Assembly: GCA_036507955.1 (NCBI GenBank)
Contig: DATCIH010000055.1
Coordinates: 1-59,059, forward strand
Source: Clostridiaceae bacterium
GTDB taxonomy: Bacteria; Bacillota; Clostridia; Clostridiales; Clostridiaceae
Reading direction: 5' to 3'
Length of the DNA: 59,059 nucleotides
Below the pieces are notes generated by a model. The model was not told where the DNA came from. It was given only the letters and a program-made list of their open reading frames with translations, and ran no database searches. The translations under genes and the position numbers were made by a program. Positions 1-9,266 of the stretch are shown here, one piece after another (position 1 is the stretch's first letter; each line of letters opens with the position of its first letter).

Positions 1-444
1 TAAGGAAGATAGATAAGGGAAAAAAAGACATTATATTGCATATTAAAAATATAGTTATTTAAGATAATTTGTGGTTGATTTATAAAAAAATGAAGCATAT
101 AAAACTTTTAATTTTCGTATGCTTCATTTAGCGGAATATGACTTAGACTTGAGAACATCAAATAATTTAGTAATAATCCTAAAGGTTATTGACTGTTACT
201 ATTTGTTATTATTTTTATCAACTATTTGAAGTTCCTTAATGTTATTACATAGTTATAATATCCCATGACTAGGTCAATATTATTCATATATTTACGATAT
301 ATGAATAATATTCTCTTAATTTAACAATTACTTCACTGGTATGTAATAGGTATATATTAAGATTTTATATAATAGCTCTTAAGGACCATTAATTGAAGAA
401 AATTGTATACCCACTATGATATTTTATTGAGAATATTATGAAAT

Positions 445-1263
445 CTATAGATTCATATAAGTATTTTTCAATAGTAAGCCATCTTTCTCTAATAGTGGAC
501 CTTCTAGAATCACACACCCTTTGACGTCAAAATCCTTTAAGGCCTTTAAACATTCTATAAAATTGAAATCACTATCTAATAAGGGAAGATGATTTCTTTC
601 CCCTTTTGCACTATAATTTATACCCCCCATGTGTATGTGCAAATCATCTAAAGCAGACCTTCCTAAATTATTAAGGACATATTGTAGTATTTTAGCAAAG
701 TCATTATAACATTTTAAACTACCGTTTCCTCTTGCATGTATATGAGAAAAATCAATACATAGCTTACAGGCGCTCACTTCTTTGCAAAGGGAGACCAATT
801 CCTCCAGAGTTCCAAACTGGGTTCCTTTCCCCGTAGTCTCTAACCTATAGTCTATGCCCTTATATGATAGCTTCAGTAAGTTTCCTTTTATAGTATTATA
901 GGTCTCCTCCTTTGAGTCTTTTAAATAAAAACCTGGATGAAATATTAAACTTCTCCCCTTAACTTTTGATAAACCCTCCGCTGCTTTTATTATTCTTTCC
1001 AGTGATTGTTCTTGTTTCTCAGCTTCATCCGCATTTAGATTCACATAATAGGAGCCATGAGCTGATAGATAAAAATTATTATTCAATTTGGTTTCTAATA
1101 TTATATCTTTATTTTTATCTGTAACATTTACATTTCTCACAAATAGGAGCTCCATTGCATCAAGACCTATAGATTTTAAATAGTCGATGCCTGATGCGTA
1201 GTCAAATTTCTTTGTTCCATTTCCAATTGGCAAACCTGATATCCCAAATAATAGTTTATCCAT
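445..1263 (-). CDS. Xylose-isomerase-like TIM-barrel protein (sugar phosphate isomerase/epimerase / AP-endonuclease-2 fold)
   Basis: 272-aa ORF. His/Asp/Glu-rich segments typical of metal-dependent TIM-barrel isomerases (HPGFY, IDFSHIHARG, HIHMGG). Exact family not resolved. Confidence 0.5.
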   Translation of the reverse strand: MDKLLFGISGLPIGNGTKKFDYASGIDYLKSIGLDAMELLFVRNVNVTDKNKDIILETKLNNNFYLSAHGSYYVNLNADEAEKQEQSLERIIKAAEGLSKVKGRSLIFHPGFYLKDSKEETYNTIKGNLLKLSYKGIDYRLETTGKGTQFGTLEELVSLCKEVSACKLCIDFSHIHARGNGSLKCYNDFAKILQYVLNNLGRSALDDLHIHMGGINYSAKGERNHLPLLDSDFNFIECLKALKDFDVKGCVILEGPLLEKDGLLLKNTYMNL

Positions 1264-1416
1264 ATTTATGACCCTCCGCTTAATTGATAATTAGAAACAT
1301 TCAATACTTTTCTTTGGACACTAAATATTTTCGCTCTCTATAGGTTATCCCTTAACCATTATTATAATCTATAGTAATTCTACTGTCTCAAATTCTTCTT
1401 TTTATCCATAAAGGCT

Positions 1417-1465
1417 TAGTTACTAACAAGTTATACACAACTATGTGGATAACTTGTTAGTAACT
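1417..1465. promoter_or_regulatory. 49-bp near-perfect palindrome (two 17–18-bp arms around a 14-nt spacer) in a divergent intergenic region
   Basis: ttagttactaacaagttat-acacaactatgtgg-ataacttgttagtaact, read directly. It lies between divergently oriented genes, so it looks like an operator rather than a terminator. Confidence 0.5.
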
Positions 1466-1647
1466 TTGTTTATATTTATCGATTAAAGGAAAATATAATA
1501 ATTCTCACCTCAGGAAAGGAAAAGTTAATTTTACTTAAATAATAAGTTTTAAGCAAATTTATGAAAGAATTTATTTATTTTTTGTTCTATGATATAATTA
1601 AAAAATATGGTGTAATTTGTAAGAATATAAAGAAAATTAGTAGCAAA

Positions 1648-2160
1648 ATGAATATTAGTCAAGGAGTGATAAAGTTGGATATAAATACAGTTAATCCTTT
1701 TATTCAGGCAGTAGGAGATATATTTATTCAATTTGGAATAGGCGGTACTTCAGTTGTAAGCATGGAGCAGAAAGACAAAATGTACGTAGAAACGGATATA
1801 ACTGCCATAATAGGTATAACAGGAGATGTTAGGGGAAATGTTTCTTACTCTATGTCTGAGGAAACAGCAATTAAAATCATTTCTATTATGATGATGGGTA
1901 TGCCGGTTAATTGTGTGGATGAAATGGGGTTAAGTGCTTTAGGAGAGATGACAAACATGGTAACAGGTCATGCAGCCATGTTGCTCGGAAAAGGCAATGT
2001 TAAAATAGATATAACACCTCCTTCAATTGTTTACGGAAAAGATATGCATTTTAGTACTCATACCAATGAAATAACAATGGTAAAGCTTTCTACGGATGTA
2101 GGGGAGATCGAAGTGGATTTGGGGTTAGGGGACGGTTCATCATCAAAAATTGTTAGTTAA
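1648..2160 (+). CDS. cheX: Chemotaxis phosphatase CheX (CheC/CheX family)
   Basis: About 170 aa counted from the internal Met (MNISQGV...), with CheX-like motifs (GEMTNMVTGHAAMLLG, SIVYGKD). The ORF-track start at 1561 adds an AT-rich N-extension that is unlikely to be real. The last 11 codons are encoded by a repeat copy of the neighbouring mobile element. Confidence 0.7.
   Translation: MNISQGVIKLDINTVNPFIQAVGDIFIQFGIGGTSVVSMEQKDKMYVETDITAIIGITGDVRGNVSYSMSEETAIKIISIMMMGMPVNCVDEMGLSALGEMTNMVTGHAAMLLGKGNVKIDITPPSIVYGKDMHFSTHTNEITMVKLSTDVGEIEVDLGLGDGSSSKIVS
2128..2150 (+). repeat. Extra direct copy of the element's end repeat (ggggacggttcatcatcaaaaa), forming the cheX 3' end
   Basis: Direct sequence comparison with 2167–2186. 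It has a 3-nt (tca) expansion relative to that copy. Confidence 0.6.
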
Positions 2161-3352
2161 GAGTTTGGGGGACGGTTCATCAAAAATGCCGATACGCAAG
2201 CTTAAAAGATTATTCAGAACTGAAAAAAACTTTATTTTTCTTGTGTTTAGCATATATTTTCAATAAAAAAGCAAATATATACAAAGATTGTCTATATTTA
2301 TAGCTTAAGATTAAACGAAAAATTAAATCCTGAATTTTCAGCTAAGCTATTTGGATATTCCCATGTTCTTTTATAAAATCTTCTAACACATTCTTATAAG
2401 TATCGTTCAATGTTATCAGTTTATACCCGTTTTCAGATAAACGCCACAAATTGGGGATGGTAATATTACCAACAATTGAACATATTTTCTTAAAACTATA
2501 ATTACCAAGGCAACGCATAATTAGTACAAAGATTGATCTCATTTCACTATTGCTATGGTTAAATTTTGCATGAATATTAATAGGTCTATCAGTATATTTT
2601 GATAAAAATTCTATTACAGTTTTCGAATCACAATCTCGAATGATAAGCTGACGCTCGTTTTTGCTTGTAGAGCCTTGATTTACGAATTCAAAGGATGGTT
2701 TTTCTGAAGCTTTATGATTATTTACAAAATCAAAATAACTATTAATCCTATCATTGTTTTTAGAGAAGAAAGACAATATATATTCAGTAGTTATTATGCC
2801 ATATTTATTAGGTTGTTTGCCAACATAGGTCCCTAGGCTTGAATAGCTATAGGAAGCTATGTTCTTTTCATACTTATTAATATTCCTTGAATTATTATGA
2901 ATATAGGAGGAGAGAGTTAAAAGATAATCAATGCTATTGACTATCTTGCTATTGAATCTGTCTTGAAATAAATGACCATGCCTATTGTATTTTTTATTAT
3001 AATAAGCTACATAGCTTTGATTAATTGATTTCATTATTTTGCTTATATCTGCGCCACAGCAATCGATCTCCAAATGAACATGAGTTGTCATGAGACAATA
3101 AGCATAAACTTTAAATTGAAAAATAAATTTATATTTGCTCATCAGATATAGGTACTTATCTTTATCTTTTTTATCCTTAAACAGGGAAAGTTCACTAATG
3201 CTTCTTGACATTATATGGTAAATAGCATCTATTCTTTTGATTCTTGCAATTCTTGGCATAAACATCACTCCCTTAATACTTAGATAATTGCCAAAGTAGG
3301 TTTGTCCTAATCATAAAAATTTAGAGAATTGATGAACCGTCCCCAAAACTCA
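2161..3352 (-). mobile_element. Compact insertion element: Y1 (HUH) transposase gene flanked by ~23-bp inverted repeats (REPtron/IS200-like)
   Basis: Left end 2161–2186 is gagtttgggggacggttcatcaaaaa. Right end 3329–3352 is ttgatgaaccgtccccaaaactca, whose reverse complement is tgagttttggggacggttcatcaa. The two differ by one base. The only gene inside is the transposase. Confidence 0.6.
2342..3268 (-). CDS. tnpA: Y1 HUH transposase (IS200/IS605 TnpA / REP-associated RayT-like) with a long C-terminal extension
   Basis: 308 aa. HUH motif at CLMTTHVHLEI. A catalytic-Tyr-like SSYIHNNS motif lies about 60 aa downstream. The extra ~150-aa C-terminal domain has an unknown fold. Confidence 0.7.
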   Translation of the reverse strand: MMFMPRIARIKRIDAIYHIMSRSISELSLFKDKKDKDKYLYLMSKYKFIFQFKVYAYCLMTTHVHLEIDCCGADISKIMKSINQSYVAYYNKKYNRHGHLFQDRFNSKIVNSIDYLLTLSSYIHNNSRNINKYEKNIASYSYSSLGTYVGKQPNKYGIITTEYILSFFSKNNDRINSYFDFVNNHKASEKPSFEFVNQGSTSKNERQLIIRDCDSKTVIEFLSKYTDRPINIHAKFNHSNSEMRSIFVLIMRCLGNYSFKKICSIVGNITIPNLWRLSENGYKLITLNDTYKNVLEDFIKEHGNIQIA

Positions 3353-3368
3353 GTCCCCAAAACTCACC
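3353..3368 (+). repeat. Tandem partial copy of the right end repeat (gtccccaaaactcacc)
   Basis: 'ccccaaaactca' occurs twice in tandem at 3341–3366. This mirrors the duplicated copy at the left border. Confidence 0.5.
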
Positions 3369-3611
3369 AGATTTAATAGGAAATATTATTAAATTCAACA
3401 TTATTATAAAACTTGTATAAAAATCTATTCAATTTTCATACAAATTATGGTATTATAAAAATTAAATAGTAAAGTATGCGCCAAAGTCATACCTAAGGCA
3501 ATGTATAGGACATTATATTATAATTTGAGCTTTATACAGTTTTTTATAGTTCGCAATTTTATATGTAATATATGTAATAGTGATTATTCAATTTAGAAAG
3601 AGGTAATAGTT

Positions 3612-4292
3612 ATGGAAGATATTGATATAAAGGCTATAAAGGAAAATGATATAGTAAAGTTTATCAATCCCAATAATACCCTGTTTGATGGACGAATAAT
3701 TAAAGTATCTAATACTTACTTATGTATTAAAATAGATGTAAAGCAAAATACATATATTGAGTTAAAGAAAGATCAGTTAATTGAATTAATTTTAGTTTAT
3801 GGTCATGAAGCAATAAAATGTAGCTCTGTTATTCTTGGTACTAAGCAGGGCGAGCTCGCACAGGATATACTAATTAGTATACCTAAATTCATATTGAAGA
3901 TTCAGCGAAGAGAGTTTCAAAGAATACCCATCGTTATGGACTTGGATTTTTCACCTTTGCCAGATGGAGCGGAGTATAAGGCATTAAGCGATATTCAATC
4001 AATATTCTTTAGATTCTTCAGAAACACTCATACCATAGATATCAGTGCTGGAGGGATGAATTTTCTTGTTCCCAAAAATGAAATAGATTGTAAATCTGCC
4101 CTAGTTAAGCTTGCAATAAAGGATAAAGAAATTATAATTCTATGTAGTAGGACCAGAACAGATGCAATTAATGATTCCATATATAATAAGGTTGCTTTTA
4201 GGTACGAGGATATAAAAATAGAGGATAGACAGCTGATTTCTGAATTTGTTTCAGAAAAAGCTAAAGAAATTAGTAAGACTAAAATAGTATAA
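3612..4292 (+). CDS. PilZ-domain c-di-GMP receptor (YcgR/flagellar-brake-like)
   Basis: 226 aa with the PilZ signature motifs RxxxR (RREFQRIP) and D/NxSxGG (DISAGGMNF). There is a good RBS (agaggt), and the gene lies beside cheX. Confidence 0.75.
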   Translation: MEDIDIKAIKENDIVKFINPNNTLFDGRIIKVSNTYLCIKIDVKQNTYIELKKDQLIELILVYGHEAIKCSSVILGTKQGELAQDILISIPKFILKIQRREFQRIPIVMDLDFSPLPDGAEYKALSDIQSIFFRFFRNTHTIDISAGGMNFLVPKNEIDCKSALVKLAIKDKEIIILCSRTRTDAINDSIYNKVAFRYEDIKIEDRQLISEFVSEKAKEISKTKIV

Positions 4293-4317
4293 AGGAAATG
4301 ATTTCAGGAGGAAGAAC

Positions 4318-4518
4318 ATGATAAAAGTTAGAAAACTAAGACCCGGAGCTAAAATAGCTATAATATCTCCCTCTAGTGGCCTACCTTATAGCTTCCCGCT
4401 CATATACCAGGAAGGGTATACAGACCCTAAGGTTATTTTGCCCTTAGGCTGCCAGGTTAGCTTTGATTTAGATAAAAAGGAATTTTATTCACTAGAAACA
4501 CCTTTTATAAATATGTAA
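4318..4518 (+). pseudogene. Remnant of an LD-carboxypeptidase (LdcA/MccF family) gene with a large internal deletion
   Basis: The 66-aa ORF joins an LdcA-like N-terminus (LRPGAKIAIISPSSGL) directly to an LdcA-like C-terminus (DPKVILPLGCQVSFDLDKKEFYSLE). About 250 aa of catalytic core are missing. Confidence 0.45.
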
Positions 4519-4540
4519 AACGTCCCTACTTAGAAGTTCT

Positions 4541-5845
4541 CTATCTATAAGGTCTCCTTTTGTTAATGACATATAAAAGCCTAAATAACTCCATAAGCAC
4601 TATATTAAAGGTTAGCCATAGTAAGCCAAGGATATAACCACCGATAATATCTCCAGGGAACTCAAGATTAAGATATATGGTGCCAAGCCCTAAGAAAAGA
4701 GAGAAAACTAAAAACAATATTAAGGAAAGGCTTGATAACCACCTGCTTTTACTGTGCTTTATTAGAAGGTAACAACCAAAACCGTATATGGATACCGTCA
4801 TAATTGCAGAGCTACTAGGGAAGGAATATTTTATTCCAGGTAGTAGCATTGACATAGGACCAAGGCGATGAAATAAGTTCCTGAAGATATAAGCTAATAC
4901 CTCTGACCCTATGCATATGAAAAATGAAAATTTTAATTCTAGTATTCGATTATGGCCTTTGCCCATTATAAACATTATGGTTAAGGCAAAGACAAGAATT
5001 AGAAATTGGAAGTTGCCTAAGGCAGTAAAATATTTTATAAATCCAAGATTGTTTTCGTTAAGGAGGGCTTTTACCGTAAATATTGTAATTCTATCAAATT
5101 TGCGAAGATCCTTTTCCATGTATTCTCTTGCTAAAAATATAAGGACAACAAAGAAGGTAAGAAATATTAAGGAAACCCCACCTATTGCTATTTGTGCTTT
5201 CTCAAGTTTTCTTAGTTTGCTAAATATTAAGAACAACCATTTATAAATGAAACTATTTATTTGGGATTTAAAATATCTACATATAGAAAATATTATCAAA
5301 ATAAAAGCTATAATTAAACTTCCGATTAGAATATAGTTTTTAGCATAGGAATGAAAGGAATCCCACTTAGCTCCAAGAGCTTTTCCTAGGAAAACAAAGG
5401 TGGTGGCCCATATGAGGGCTCCCAAATAAGCATTTATTGCAAATTTCTTATAAGATAGCTTAGCGGTACCAGAAACGATTCCTGTTAGATGACGTACCCC
5501 TGGTATAAAATAGCCAATAAGAAGAAGCCTCTGACCATATTTATCATTCCAATCAGAGACTTTCTTAATTTTATCCTCTTTAAGATGAACATACTTTCCG
5601 TATTTTATCAAAAAACCGTTGCCTAGTTTTAAACCTATAAAATAAGATATAGTAATGCCGGATATAGCTGCGGCTGTGGCAACTAGTATAGTTAAAAATA
5701 AATTTAATTTTCCCTGATGAACTAAATATCCACAGTAGGTCATGAGGGTTTCACCAGGAGTTGGAAGGGCAATAAGTTCAAAGAAGAGCACTAGAAATAA
5801 GACCAAGTAACCGTTATAACTCATAAAGTCCATTATAGTCCTCAT
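4541..5845 (-). CDS. Integral membrane protein: DedA/VTT-domain N-terminus fused to a PAP2-like phosphatase C-terminus
   Basis: 434 aa. The N-terminal half is DedA-like (LIALPTPGETLMTYCGYL ... GYFIPGVRHLTGIVSG). The C-terminal half carries degenerate PAP2 motifs (KYSFPSSSA, EFPGDIIGG). Confidence 0.55.
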   Translation of the reverse strand: MRTIMDFMSYNGYLVLFLVLFFELIALPTPGETLMTYCGYLVHQGKLNLFLTILVATAAAISGITISYFIGLKLGNGFLIKYGKYVHLKEDKIKKVSDWNDKYGQRLLLIGYFIPGVRHLTGIVSGTAKLSYKKFAINAYLGALIWATTFVFLGKALGAKWDSFHSYAKNYILIGSLIIAFILIIFSICRYFKSQINSFIYKWLFLIFSKLRKLEKAQIAIGGVSLIFLTFFVVLIFLAREYMEKDLRKFDRITIFTVKALLNENNLGFIKYFTALGNFQFLILVFALTIMFIMGKGHNRILELKFSFFICIGSEVLAYIFRNLFHRLGPMSMLLPGIKYSFPSSSAIMTVSIYGFGCYLLIKHSKSRWLSSLSLILFLVFSLFLGLGTIYLNLEFPGDIIGGYILGLLWLTFNIVLMELFRLLYVINKRRPYR

Positions 5846-5877
5846 ATACTCCCCTCCTTTTTAATTTTAAGGGAGGA

Positions 5878-7896
5878 TTATATTTTCTTTAAAATATTAA
5901 CTCCCTTCGCCTCTATATTAAATATGTTATCCATTTTTTCGCCAGTTAACATATTTTCGTAGCTATTATTTTTAAGGTTTATAGTACAAGCTTCAGTATT
6001 ATGATTTAATATAAATGTAAATTCAGAGGGTCCATTAAAACGAGTTGTTATTTCTACTGGTAAAGTTCCATCAATATCTGGTGAATAAATAGCTTTTTCC
6101 TTAGAAATATATTTCATAAGACTTAAAACAAAATCCTCTGATGGGTTTGAAGCTACATAGTAAGCTTTACCTTTTCCAAAATTGTTAACAGTTATAACAG
6201 GCTTTCCTTTATAAAAGTCCGAACCGTAGGTAGCTAAAGCTTTTGCACCCTCAAGCTCTAATAAATCGCATAGCATATCACAGTCATAGGTGCCCTTTAA
6301 TTCTCCAAGCACGGCTTCCATAACTATACTATTTTTCATATCTGGAAATAATGCATCAATTTCTTCAACAAAAATCCCAAGAAGTGGTCTTAGCTCTCCA
6401 GGATAACCGCCTAAAGTGACTAGATCATTTTCATTTACAATTCCACTAAAGAAGGTTGTTATGAAGGTACCTCCATGTTTCACAAAACTTTCAATGTTCT
6501 TTGAAACCCCAGGTTTCACCATATATAGTACTGGTGCTATTATTATATCATATTTTGATAGGTCAGACACGGGTGATATAAGGTCTACAGGTATATTCAT
6601 ATCAAAAAATGGTTTATAATATTTTTCTATTTGATCCAGGTATTTTAGTAATATTGTGGGTCCACTGGACATTTCTATTGCCCACCAATTATCCCAGTCA
6701 AAGATTATTCCTACCTTTGCTTTAAGTGTTGAATCGATTATGCTATCACCAAGAATCTTAAGCTCATCGCCAAGAACAGCACATTCCTTATAAACCCTTG
6801 TTTTATCTGAGCCACTATGAGCAATTAAAGCCCCGTGATATTTTTCACCCGCACCAAAGGAACGTCTTAGTTGAAAAAACATTACTGTATCTGAGCCATG
6901 AGCTATTGCTTGATAGCTTTGTAGCCTCATAACACCAGGCCTCTTTAAGCTATTATAAGGCTGCCAGTTCTGTTGACTAGGTGTTTGCTCCATAAGCATA
7001 AAGGGAGCTCCGTTTTTAAGACCTCTCATAAGATCATGTCTTAGCGCGGTTGTGCTTGCTGGGTCGGTAAGACGTGGATAACTATCCCAGGAGATAACAT
7101 CCATTTTTTCTGCCCACTTGAAATAATCTAAAGGTTTAAAAGTACCCATAAGGTTTGTTGTTATTTTAATGGCTGGCGTAATAGCTTTTATAGCTTTGTA
7201 TTCTCCATAGTAGCATTCTAAGCTAGAATCAGACATAAATCTGTTATAGTCAAGGCTCATCCCTTGAAAAGAATATTTATCACTATTTAGCTCAGAGGGT
7301 ACAACTATCTCCTCCCAGTCATATATTGTGTGTCCCCAAAAACTCATATTCCAAGCTCTGTTTAGTTCCTCTGTGGTACCATACCTTTTTTTAAGCCATA
7401 GCCTAAATTCATTTTCACAGTTTTCACAATAACAATAATTACCATATTCATTTCCTATGTGCCATATTACTAAAGCTGGGTGATCCTTATAGTGCTCTGC
7501 AAGTTTAGAAGCAAGATTCACGGAAAATTTCTTAAATAACTTGCTGTTAGGACAGAAATTAACTCTACCCCCGTGAACTTTCTTTCTTAGATTTTGGTCT
7601 ACAGGAAGAATTTCTGGATATTTTTTAGACATCCAAGCAGGCTGCGCAGCTGTTGAGGTGGCTAGACATACAAATATATTATTCTTATGCGCCAAATCCA
7701 TTATTTTGTCCAGCCAGGAGAAATCATAGATCCCCTCTGAGGGTTCAAGCTTAGCCCAGCTAAATACAGGAACAGTTATAATATTGATGCCTGCATTTTT
7801 AAATAATCGCATATCTTCTTCCCAAGTCTCCTCAGGCCATTGATCAGGATTGTAGTCACCCCCATAATAGAAAGCAGGTAGTTTTGAATTAATCAT
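5878..7896 (-). CDS. Beta-galactosidase, glycoside hydrolase family 42
   Basis: 672 aa. The GH42 N-terminal signature is present (YGGDYNPDQWPEE, ...GINIITVPVFSWAKLEP). The length is typical of BgaB/YesZ-type enzymes. Confidence 0.85.
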   Translation of the reverse strand: MINSKLPAFYYGGDYNPDQWPEETWEEDMRLFKNAGINIITVPVFSWAKLEPSEGIYDFSWLDKIMDLAHKNNIFVCLATSTAAQPAWMSKKYPEILPVDQNLRKKVHGGRVNFCPNSKLFKKFSVNLASKLAEHYKDHPALVIWHIGNEYGNYCYCENCENEFRLWLKKRYGTTEELNRAWNMSFWGHTIYDWEEIVVPSELNSDKYSFQGMSLDYNRFMSDSSLECYYGEYKAIKAITPAIKITTNLMGTFKPLDYFKWAEKMDVISWDSYPRLTDPASTTALRHDLMRGLKNGAPFMLMEQTPSQQNWQPYNSLKRPGVMRLQSYQAIAHGSDTVMFFQLRRSFGAGEKYHGALIAHSGSDKTRVYKECAVLGDELKILGDSIIDSTLKAKVGIIFDWDNWWAIEMSSGPTILLKYLDQIEKYYKPFFDMNIPVDLISPVSDLSKYDIIIAPVLYMVKPGVSKNIESFVKHGGTFITTFFSGIVNENDLVTLGGYPGELRPLLGIFVEEIDALFPDMKNSIVMEAVLGELKGTYDCDMLCDLLELEGAKALATYGSDFYKGKPVITVNNFGKGKAYYVASNPSEDFVLSLMKYISKEKAIYSPDIDGTLPVEITTRFNGPSEFTFILNHNTEACTINLKNNSYENMLTGEKMDNIFNIEAKGVNILKKI

Positions 7897-8028
7897 TTTA
7901 TCCTCCTCGTATTTCTTATTAGCCTATAGCAATTTAAATATGATTATATTAATGTATACAACATAATTATAATGGAGTAATATACAAGTATCAATGAAAG
8001 AATATTATAGTAATATAATAATATTAAC

Positions 8029-8871
8029 ATGAGGTACAGCATGATTAAAAGAGAATTTCCTATAATTACAGATGAAATAAGCTCTTTACCCTTTTATGTG
8101 AAGACTATAGGCTCCGAAGAAAATCAATTTGAGACGGACAGGCCTAATGGTTATCCAGATTATCATTGGCTTCACACGGGTAAAGGTAGCGGAAAACTTA
8201 TTATTAATGGGGAAGAGCACTTAATAGGACAAAATATGGGGTTTTTCTTTGATCCATATATTCCTCATAAGTATTACTGCGAAACAGGGCCTTGGGAAAC
8301 TTATTATATAACCTTTAATGGCTATGCTGTAAAGGAACTTCTTAAGCTACTAAAGTTTCCCAGCTATGGAGTGTATTATTTGAAAAGCAGGGAAGCTATT
8401 GAAGGATATATGAATATTATTGCAAATTCCATAAATTCTAAGGGACCCTTATCTGGATATAAAAGTTCCTCTATTCTTTATGAATTCTTGACTGAATTTA
8501 AAGATTATATATCAGAAGAAAATAAAGAAGTGAATAGAGGATATGTTCAGCTTAAGCCAGCAGTTAAGTATATTGAAGATAACTTTGAAAGGGATTTGAC
8601 CCTTGAAGAAATTGCAAGTACTGTAAGAGTTACACCTCAATATTTATGCAAGCTTTTTAAGGAGAATTTTAACATGAGGCCCTTCGTATATATAACAAAA
8701 CTAAGACTACGAAAAGCTAAAGAATTACTAATACAAGATAGTGAAAAGCAAGTTGGCCAGATAGCTTACGAAACTGGTTATAAGGATGTAAGTTATTTTT
8801 GTGCAATGTTTAAAAAATATGAGGGAATGTCTCCAGTTAATTTTAGAAAAATACATTTAGGTATAAAATAG
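8029..8871 (+). CDS. AraC-family transcriptional regulator (cupin sensor + AraC HTH)
   Basis: The C-terminal AraC HTH pair is present (ASTVRVTPQYLCKLFKE ... ITKLRLRKAKELL ... IAYETGYKDVSYFCAMFKKYEGMSP). The true start may be the Met at 8041. Confidence 0.8.
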   Translation: MRYSMIKREFPIITDEISSLPFYVKTIGSEENQFETDRPNGYPDYHWLHTGKGSGKLIINGEEHLIGQNMGFFFDPYIPHKYYCETGPWETYYITFNGYAVKELLKLLKFPSYGVYYLKSREAIEGYMNIIANSINSKGPLSGYKSSSILYEFLTEFKDYISEENKEVNRGYVQLKPAVKYIEDNFERDLTLEEIASTVRVTPQYLCKLFKENFNMRPFVYITKLRLRKAKELLIQDSEKQVGQIAYETGYKDVSYFCAMFKKYEGMSPVNFRKIHLGIK

Positions 8872-8929
8872 TATCCGCAAGGATAAAATATAGTGTATAA
8901 TTATTATAAGAATATTATTAATGAATAAA

Positions 8930-9200
8930 AACTGAGATGGGAAACAGTAAAACGATCTTACTTTTAAAGAGAGCTTTCGGTAGGTGTAAGAAAGCAAAGA
9001 AGATTTTTTGAATACGTCCCTGAGTTGAGGGCCAAAAAGCAATGCTAAGTAGGCTTATTCGGATTTCTGCACCCGTTATAGTGCTAGAGTATAAATGCTA
9101 TTGCATCGTACTTGAAGAGATTGATACCGTGAGGTGTCTTTGAAGCAAGGTGGTAACACGAGATATAACTCTCGTCCTTTAATTAGGATGAGAGTTTTTT
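8930..9200 (+). ncRNA. T-box riboswitch leader (Tyr-specific expected) controlling tyrS
   Basis: AGAGAG / GGTAGG stem-I elements near 8965–8980. The conserved T-box sequence aaggtggtaacacgag is at about 9145–9164. The terminator ctctcgtcctttaattaggatgagag plus a U-run is at 9169–9200. Confidence 0.7.
9169..9200 (+). terminator. Intrinsic terminator of the T-box leader
   Basis: ctctcgtcc…ggatgagag stem followed by tttttt. Confidence 0.7.
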
Positions 9201-9266
9201 GCGTTTGTTTATATGCAGGACTCCATCATCAATATCCTCGGTTTTTATCAATAGGAGGGGAAAGTA

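Noticed and set aside
445-1263. Calling the first ORF endonuclease IV (nfo).
   Set aside because: It shares the TIM-barrel metal-site style but lacks the characteristic Nfo N-terminal GAHVS...GG motif. I kept it as a generic xylose-isomerase-like TIM-barrel protein.
1549-1731. 60-aa minus-strand ORF overlapping the cheX start.
   Set aside because: It overlaps the cheX 5' region on the opposite strand, is Asn/Ile/Tyr-rich low-complexity, and has no RBS.
4911-5246. Many short ORFs of 60–150 aa on the strand opposite to long confident genes. Examples are 4911..5246, 6416..6619, 10178..10477, 10760..10972, 11663..11848, 14384..14635, 14577..14924, 16584..16772, 20296..20743, 28250..28873, 28913..29308, 29768..30001, 30555..30763, 31663..31890, 32119..32331, 34632..35112, 35703..35897, 40649..40921, 41168..41377, 42063..42411, 42678..43443, 43717..43984, 44198..44515, 44678..44899, 45615..45851, 48041..48265, 49119..49346, 49448..50319, 53149..53492, 54205..54444, 54999..55271 and 57678..57866.
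   Set aside because: They are fully embedded antisense to well-supported genes. They have no RBS, low-complexity or odd composition and no recognisable family. They are typical antisense artefacts in AT-rich DNA.
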